Source: Deltaproteobacteria bacterium
GTDB lineage: Bacteria; Bdellovibrionota_C; UBA2361; SZUA-149; JAITKM01
Direction: 5' to 3'
NCBI GenBank assembly: GCA_031278395.1
Contig: JAITKM010000007.1
Span: forward strand, 139,805-203,804
DNA: 64,000 nt
Position numbers and translations under genes: made by a program. Every line of letters starts with the position of its first letter. Position 1 is the first letter of the stretch. Below the pieces are notes generated by a model. That model was not told the DNA's origin. It saw only the letters and a list, made by a program, of their open reading frames with translations, and made no database searches. Positions 58,234-64,000 of the stretch are shown piece after piece.

Positions 58234-60075
58234 TTAATCTTCTATTATTTTACCTGTCTGTCGTGACCACAATTTGTGATACTCGCCGCGTCTTATTATA
58301 AGTTCATTATGCGAACCTTCCTCAACGATTTTACCTTCTTTTAAGACAACAATCCTATCCAGTTCGCAGACCGTAGAAAGCCTGTGTGCAATGACTAAAG
58401 ACGTTCTGTCGTGCATTAAAGTCCGCAATGCATCCTGAATTAATTTCTCACTTTCAGAGTCAAGCGCAGACGTTGCCTCGTCAAGAACCAAAATTGGTGC
58501 GTTCTTTAAAATTGCTCGCGCAATAATTACACGCTGTCTCTGCCCGCCAGAAAGTTTTACACCGCGTTCGCCAGTAAGCGTGTCCAACCCGTGCGGTAAA
58601 TTTTCGATAAACTCCCAGGCATTTGCCAATTTTGCAGCAGTAATAATTTCTTTTTCACTTGCGTTTGGCTTGCCATAGCCAATATTTTGGCGCAGCGTGC
58701 GGTGAAACAACTCCGACTCCTGCGGCACGTAAGCAATATTTTCACGTAGACTATTTTGCGTAACATCGGAAATATTTTGTCCGTCAATTAAAATCATGCC
58801 ACTTGAAACATCTGCAAAGCGCAGTAGAAGTTTGGTCAGTGTTGTTTTTCCAGAACCAGACACGCCAACCAACCCCACGCGCTCGCCAGAGCGAATATGT
58901 AGGTTAAACCCCTTAAAAATCGCTCTTCTTGCACCGTTATGCTGAAATGTGATGTTGTTAAAATTTATTTCTCCCAAAAGACGCTTGCCTCCGTCCGCTG
59001 GTGCAATCGCTCGCGCGTGAGGTTTATCTACTACGTTATTTGGTGTGTCTAAAATTTTAACCATCTCATAAGCGTCGCCGAAATTTCTGTTTAATTCACG
59101 AAGAATATTATTTACGTTCCACAAGTTATCGATGATTTGCTGCCCATAGCTAATAATTAAAAGCATCGTGCCAACACTCAGCTCAAACTTAATGCCGCCA
59201 ACAATAACCGAGACAAGTAGCACGCCGTTAATCAAAACAGACACTGTGCTAAGTGCAATGTTACGCCCAATAAAAACCGACATTGTATTCATGCCAGAGT
59301 TAAACACCGAGCGGCTTACAGTGGCAAAAAGTTTTTTCTCGTAATTTTCGCGTCCGTGACTTTTTACAGACAAAACATTTGACACGCTATCTGCAAGTCG
59401 CCCGCTTTGGCGACTCCTGGTTTTTGCCCAAATTTCGTTTAAACGTGACGTTTTGCTGAAGAAAAAATAGGCTCCCAGTGAGTAAGTCGTAATCAAAGCA
59501 AACAAAATCATCGACACAACTGGCGCTTTTGTCCAGAGTAGCGCGCAAGCAAAAATGTTAATTGCAATTTGCGGCACAATCATAAAAATAAGATTGTCGT
59601 AGAAACGCTCAAACGCGCCAACAAATTTTGTCGTCTGACTAACCAGCGCGCCGCTAAATTTGTCGCTGTGAAAACGCATTGACTGCTTGATTAGAGTTTC
59701 AAAACATTTGCGTGCAAGATTGCGTTCTGTAATTAACTCAAACTTCCAAACAAAATATGTGCGCAGCCCGTTTAGGAGTGTAGTGTTTAAAATACCTGCA
59801 GCGACAATTAGCCCAATATAAGGTAACAGTTCCGAGATAAGCTCTTGTCGTGGGATTGTTTCTGTAGCAAGTTTGTCAACAACAATTGCCGCAACAAACG
59901 GCGTTAAAAATCTTCCGAGAAAAATTTGAATTGGCGCAAGCAGTATTGTAATGCAAAAGCCAAGTTTATTTTTGGCAACTTCCGCAAAATAGTAGTGTAA
60001 TACGCGTTTTATAACAGCGCGCCGCTTTTCTTTTCGTTTCTGAATTTTCTTTTTTAAGGTGGAATTTATTTTTTT
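58234..60075 (-). CDS. ABC exporter (MsbA-like; TMD-NBD fusion) whose TM1-TM2 region lies upstream of the first ATG
   Basis: NBD motifs GVSGSGKTT, LSGGQRQR, LVLDEATSALD. The ORF track opens at the ATG at 59679, but the same frame stays open to ~60081 and encodes two more TM helices (VLHYYFAEVAKNKLGFCITILLAPIQIFLG..., IGLIVAAGILNTTLLNGL) with no in-frame ATG/GTG/TTG. Confidence 0.75.
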   Translation of the reverse strand, partial: KKINSTLKKKIQKRKEKRRAVIKRVLHYYFAEVAKNKLGFCITILLAPIQIFLGRFLTPFVAAIVVDKLATETIPRQELISELLPYIGLIVAAGILNTTLLNGLRTYFVWKFELITERNLARKCFETLIKQSMRFHSDKFSGALVSQTTKFVGAFERFYDNLIFMIVPQIAINIFACALLWTKAPVVSMILFALITTYSLGAYFFFSKTSRLNEIWAKTRSRQSGRLADSVSNVLSVKSHGRENYEKKLFATVSRSVFNSGMNTMSVFIGRNIALSTVSVLINGVLLVSVIVGGIKFELSVGTMLLIISYGQQIIDNLWNVNNILRELNRNFGDAYEMVKILDTPNNVVDKPHARAIAPADGGKRLLGEINFNNITFQHNGARRAIFKGFNLHIRSGERVGLVGVSGSGKTTLTKLLLRFADVSSGMILIDGQNISDVTQNSLRENIAYVPQESELFHRTLRQNIGYGKPNASEKEIITAAKLANAWEFIENLPHGLDTLTGERGVKLSGGQRQRVIIARAILKNAPILVLDEATSALDSESEKLIQDALRTLMHDRTSLVIAHRLSTVCELDRIVVLKEGKIVEEGSHNELIIRRGEYHKLWSRQTGKIIED

Positions 60076-60264
60076 ATCTCCTTATTTTAGTTTTGTTTTA
60101 AAGCTTTCTGTCAGGCTAAAAATAATAATTAGTCACAATTCGCAATAAAAACGACGAATATTACTTCGCAATTTCTCAGCAAAATTACTAAAACATACCC
60201 TTTGAGGCAGTTTTAACACCTTCTGCGGTGTTATCCTGGATTTTGTGGATATTACACGTTGTGT

Positions 60265-60345
60265 TTAAATCAGCACGGAAAGTAAGACTACAACCATCAA
60301 GACCAACATTACACTGCCGATGATAAAGGCAGTTTTTTCAGTCAT
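60265..60345 (-). CDS. Possible 26-aa hydrophobic micropeptide (MTEKTAFIIGSVMLVLMVVVLLSVLI)
   Basis: ATG...TAA ORF encoding one TM helix, ~180 bp upstream of the ABC exporter; below the ORF-track cutoff. Confidence 0.2.
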   Translation of the reverse strand: MTEKTAFIIGSVMLVLMVVVLLSVLI

Positions 60346-60447
60346 TTTTCTTTGTTCTATTTCATGTGCTGAAACAGCGCTTACTTTATGGGAAAGACCA
60401 ATGCTTAAATTATTTCTAGTGTTCTCATTAATTGCCATAAAATTACT

Positions 60448-61644
60448 TTAAAAGAATAACAAAGTTATCAAAATAATAATTGCTACTGCTATTACTCCAC
60501 CACCAGCTAACAAAGCTGTTTCTTCTGATATAAAACTTTTTTCCATCTCACGTTTAGAAATAATATTTAATTTGTGAGACATGCCAGCTCCAAAACGTTC
60601 TTGCTCTCTGGCAAATTCTTTAGCGTTGTCATTGATTTGTTTTTCATCAAACACAAGCTCACTGCGGATAAATTTATTGACCTTACTAGCTGTTTCTCCA
60701 GTTGAATTTACTTTTACTTCTGATGTGTCTTGTAAAGTCTTAAACCTTTCTGAATCCTCATGAAAAGCCTTTACTGGATTGGTAGTTGTTGAACTATCAC
60801 CATTAACATCATTTTCGTCTAATCTTTTGCCGGTATAGTTCTCATAATCTTCGTCGCTAGTATTTTTGCTTTGTATTGGCGGAACGCTAAAAATGGCGGT
60901 AACAGAATTGATTCTACCAGATGAATCTGGCTGATCTAAATCGTAGTCTTGTGAGAAACAATGTTTTACACCATTGGCTGATAAAGGATGTGTCGTTCTA
61001 GTGTTCACAGAAGGTGAAACTATTGTGCGTTGAGAATTGACTAAAATTGTGAACTCATCAACTAATATTTCATCCATATCATTAAGATTAGCAAAATTAT
61101 TAATTTGTTGCCCGTTAACTAAAATTGGCACAAAAATTTGAAATAATTGAATGGAAAACACATCTTGCCTAAATTGAATAGAAAACTGTGTAACATGTGG
61201 GTCTTCTCCTTCAATTCTTATATTTTGAAACTCTCCGCCAGCGTAAAATACATCTTCTCTATGTTGCGGAATATATTCAGATAAAAAGCGGTCGCGATAG
61301 AAGATTAACAATGAATTTACACAATCTGCAGGTTTGCTTTCTAAGTAACTGACAGAAATATGAAAATTAGAAAGGCAAACAATGCTGTTATCTTTGATAA
61401 GTTTTAATTGCCCAGCTGGAGCTGGTTTATCATTGATAAAAGAACCGTTAGTGCTACCTAAATCACGAAAAACCCAATGACTACCTGCACAAATTAATTC
61501 TCCATGATTCCTAGAAACAGAACTGCTATCGACAATAATGGTATTATTTTGATGACGACCAATAGTGATAATACCATGGTCAACAGTGGCAATTTCAGTT
61601 GAACCACCTTCATAAACTGATTCTAATTTGATTGGCAAAGTCAT
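60448..61644 (-). CDS. FHA-domain protein with a C-terminal membrane anchor
   Basis: N-terminal FHA (ITIGRHQNNTIIVDSSSVSRNHGEL...FRDLGSTNGSFIN), a possible second degenerate FHA, and a C-terminal TM (LLAGGGVIAVAIIILITLLFF). Confidence 0.7.
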   Translation of the reverse strand: MTLPIKLESVYEGGSTEIATVDHGIITIGRHQNNTIIVDSSSVSRNHGELICAGSHWVFRDLGSTNGSFINDKPAPAGQLKLIKDNSIVCLSNFHISVSYLESKPADCVNSLLIFYRDRFLSEYIPQHREDVFYAGGEFQNIRIEGEDPHVTQFSIQFRQDVFSIQLFQIFVPILVNGQQINNFANLNDMDEILVDEFTILVNSQRTIVSPSVNTRTTHPLSANGVKHCFSQDYDLDQPDSSGRINSVTAIFSVPPIQSKNTSDEDYENYTGKRLDENDVNGDSSTTTNPVKAFHEDSERFKTLQDTSEVKVNSTGETASKVNKFIRSELVFDEKQINDNAKEFAREQERFGAGMSHKLNIISKREMEKSFISEETALLAGGGVIAVAIIILITLLFF

Positions 61645-61938
61645 AGTAAATCAAAAACAAAGTTTTATACTTAAAATAAATGCTATATTATAACGGATTA
61701 TAACGGCAACTAGTTAAAAAAGCATAACCTAAAAAACACAGAAATGTAACATTTATAACAGAAAATTTATAGAGATTTTTTATAAAAAATATTTAGGAAA
61801 TAAAAAATATAGGTATTACAGCATGATAGCGTTGAGAATCCTTGTAGCTAACTATAGCGCTGGCATATATTGTTTTTATGTAAAAACAATATAATGCAGA
61901 AGAAGCGGTTTAAAGCTACTCCGGATTTGTTTGGATAA

Positions 61939-62610
61939 TCAATGCAATGCCACAATTCTTGCGAATAAAAACCATAAGACAGAAAAGAATATTGCGCCCA
62001 GTATTAATGCAAAAATTGATTTAGGTTGTAATTTAGGTTCTGTTCCAGAGAATAGCCGTTTGATATTTTCAAGATGTCGAATCCAGATAAATAATGCGAA
62101 GACAGTCAGTAAATAAACTAGGAGCATATTATGTGTAAATATCCAGGCCCAGATAGGTGCGCTTAGTGAAGCAAACAAATTACTAAGGGAAGATATGCGC
62201 GTAATAGCAACAATCAAAATATATATACCTAATGCCGCTACAGAAATTTGTGGCTCGAATAAAAATATCGCGCCAAATGCCGTTGCTATTCCCTTACCGC
62301 CTTTAAATCTAAGATATGGAGAATAGCAATGCCCTAAAACGCCGGCGCCTGCGATAATCATTTTTTCAAAATCATCAACAAAGATAAAAGATGATATTGT
62401 CCAATACGCTATTAAAACTTTCAGTGCATCTAAAATTACACCAACGATTGCCAGTAGTTTTGATACACGAGAAAGATTTGCAGCCCCTGTATTTCCTGAC
62501 CCCACTTGGCGTAAGTCCTGATGTGCAAATACTTTTGCCAATATAAATCCAAATGGAATTGCGCCAATTAAAAATGAAATTAAAAATATTACGAAATATT
62601 CGACATTCAT
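61939..62610 (-). CDS. plsY: Glycerol-3-phosphate acyltransferase PlsY
   Basis: GSGNTGAAN motif. The ATG at 62610 (MNVEYFVIFL) sits 1 nt after the upstream gene's stop and is preferred over the ORF-track start at 62643. Confidence 0.85.
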   Translation of the reverse strand: MNVEYFVIFLISFLIGAIPFGFILAKVFAHQDLRQVGSGNTGAANLSRVSKLLAIVGVILDALKVLIAYWTISSFIFVDDFEKMIIAGAGVLGHCYSPYLRFKGGKGIATAFGAIFLFEPQISVAALGIYILIVAITRISSLSNLFASLSAPIWAWIFTHNMLLVYLLTVFALFIWIRHLENIKRLFSGTEPKLQPKSIFALILGAIFFSVLWFLFARIVALH

Positions 62611-62611
62611 T

Positions 62612-63394
62612 TTATTCTCCTTTAGCCGATGGTCGACGTTCAAATCTCAATGCAAGACGTGCCAGAAATGTTATGGGAACAATACGGGCGAGTAAGGCTT
62701 TGATTTTCCAACTATGACGCATTATTGCGATTTCTTTACCTTTATCTAATTCTCTTAAACAATGCTCTACGACTTCATTAGGGCTTGCGCCATGTGGAAC
62801 ATTTTTTCTAATGCCATTAGAAGCGATATTGCTGAATTCTGTATCAACCGGACCTGGACAAAGTGCAATTACGCGGATTTTCTTGGGAGATAATTCTGCT
62901 GCTAATCCTAATGAAAAATTTAATACAAACGCTTTTGAAGCGGCATATAAAGCAAACGCTCCCATTGGAGAAAAAGCAGCCAAACTGGCGACATTAATAA
63001 TCCTTGATCCTTCGGTGAGAAACGGCAATGCAGAATAGCAGGTAGTAACAACTGATTTAATATTTACATCAAGCATTTCAGAATAACGCTCAAGGGATTC
63101 ATCTCCAAATAAACCATAAATCCCAAAACCTGCATTGTTTATTAAAGTATCAATAACAGCATTTGGTTCAATAATTTTCTTTATAATATCTTTACCTTTT
63201 AGTCCTGAAATATCTGCAACGACTGGCACAACTTGCATTTTAGTTTTTGCAGATAACTCTTTAGTCAATGCTTCTAAGCGATCTGCTCTGCGAGCAATTA
63301 AAAACATTTTATCTGCATTACGTTTAATTAATCTGCGTGCAAATGATTCGCCAATTCCAGAACTTGCACCTGTAATAATAATAATGCGGCTCAT
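62612..63394 (-). CDS. Short-chain dehydrogenase/reductase
   Basis: TGASSGIG Rossmann motif and a YxxxK active site. Confidence 0.8.
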   Translation of the reverse strand: MSRIIIITGASSGIGESFARRLIKRNADKMFLIARRADRLEALTKELSAKTKMQVVPVVADISGLKGKDIIKKIIEPNAVIDTLINNAGFGIYGLFGDESLERYSEMLDVNIKSVVTTCYSALPFLTEGSRIINVASLAAFSPMGAFALYAASKAFVLNFSLGLAAELSPKKIRVIALCPGPVDTEFSNIASNGIRKNVPHGASPNEVVEHCLRELDKGKEIAIMRHSWKIKALLARIVPITFLARLALRFERRPSAKGE

Positions 63395-63421
63395 AATAAA
63401 TTAATTCTTGGTAAGGTAAAT

Positions 63422-63985
63422 TTACGCCCCTATTTCAGCACTAAGTAATTTACGTAATTTAATAAAATATTGTGTTGCGCTTACTAATGATAAAATTAAA
63501 GCAATCCAAATAATAAAATTTCCGACTTCTTTAAAATTAACTTGTATTCCAAATGCAGAATAAGTTCCGCCAACCAGAAGAAAAGTAATTCCCAGCATTG
63601 TAGTGGCTGTTTTATATTTTGCGAGCATAATTGCAGAAACAATTTCTCCTTTGAAAGCAGCCAGCGAACGCAGACCAGTAATTATGACGTCGCGCGAAAT
63701 CAATATAACAGTGATCCACGCAGGAACACGTGGATCAGGTCCAGCGCTCAACATAATTAAAGCCGCGAGAACTAAAACTTTATCCGCAAGAGGATCCATC
63801 ATTTTACCGATAACGCTTTCTGCTTTAAAAGCGCGTGCTAGATAACCATCAAGCCAATCAGTAAATGAAGCAATGATAAAAATACTAACTGCAATAATAT
63901 TTCCGAATTGGCTGGTTGGCGGAATTAAAATAAACACAAAAAAAGGTACCATTAAAATGCGAAGAATAGTTAGAAAATTTGGCAA
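63422..63985 (-). CDS. pgsA: CDP-diacylglycerol--glycerol-3-phosphate 3-phosphatidyltransferase
   Basis: CDP-alcohol phosphatidyltransferase motif DWLDGYLAR...G...DPLADK. Confidence 0.85.
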   Translation of the reverse strand: MPNFLTILRILMVPFFVFILIPPTSQFGNIIAVSIFIIASFTDWLDGYLARAFKAESVIGKMMDPLADKVLVLAALIMLSAGPDPRVPAWITVILISRDVIITGLRSLAAFKGEIVSAIMLAKYKTATTMLGITFLLVGGTYSAFGIQVNFKEVGNFIIWIALILSLVSATQYFIKLRKLLSAEIGA

Positions 63986-64000
63986 ATATTTTTTACTTTT

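Overview
This is an AT-rich (about one-third GC by eye) segment from a Gram-negative, flagellated, anaerobe-like bacterium, read with the standard genetic code (long ORFs are intact). Most of the window is core metabolism and cell-envelope genes: enolase (truncated at the window start), nrdR-glyA-acpP, argS, tkt, ispA, rnhA, ddl, pgi, rng, plsY-pgsA, an flgF-G-A-H-I-J-M flagellar cluster, tolQ/tolR-like genes, GH57 plus a glycosyltransferase, and a gliding-type ABC system with a GldG-like component. Four things stand out from that background. (1) A plasmid-type replicon core sits among the housekeeping genes: a Rep-like initiator, an array of tandem iterons with a ~21-22 bp period beside an AT-rich unwinding element, and a divergent parA-parB pair. 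(2) LpxC carries an N-terminal CheY-like receiver domain and lies in a ferredoxin / lpxC / lpxL cluster. (3) A defence island sits next to a tRNA-Arg(UCU) gene that is flanked by two tRNA 5'-half fragments. The island holds a DpnII-like two-methylase / one-endonuclease R-M operon with an extra small ORF, a frameshifted Mrr-like gene and an OLD-like ATPase fragment. It ends in a ~1.1 kb high-GC patch of decayed Type I R-M remnants (an in-frame hsdM-N::DUF45-C chimera plus an hsdR C-terminal fragment). (4) An MsbA-like ABC exporter has no canonical start codon upstream of its transmembrane domain. The ORF track missed three small or edge genes: eno at the window edge, rpmG (52 aa), and a possible 26-aa hydrophobic micropeptide. 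In a few places the displayed sequence and the ORF-track coordinates disagree by one base, so sites I located by hand are accurate to about +/-1-2 nt.
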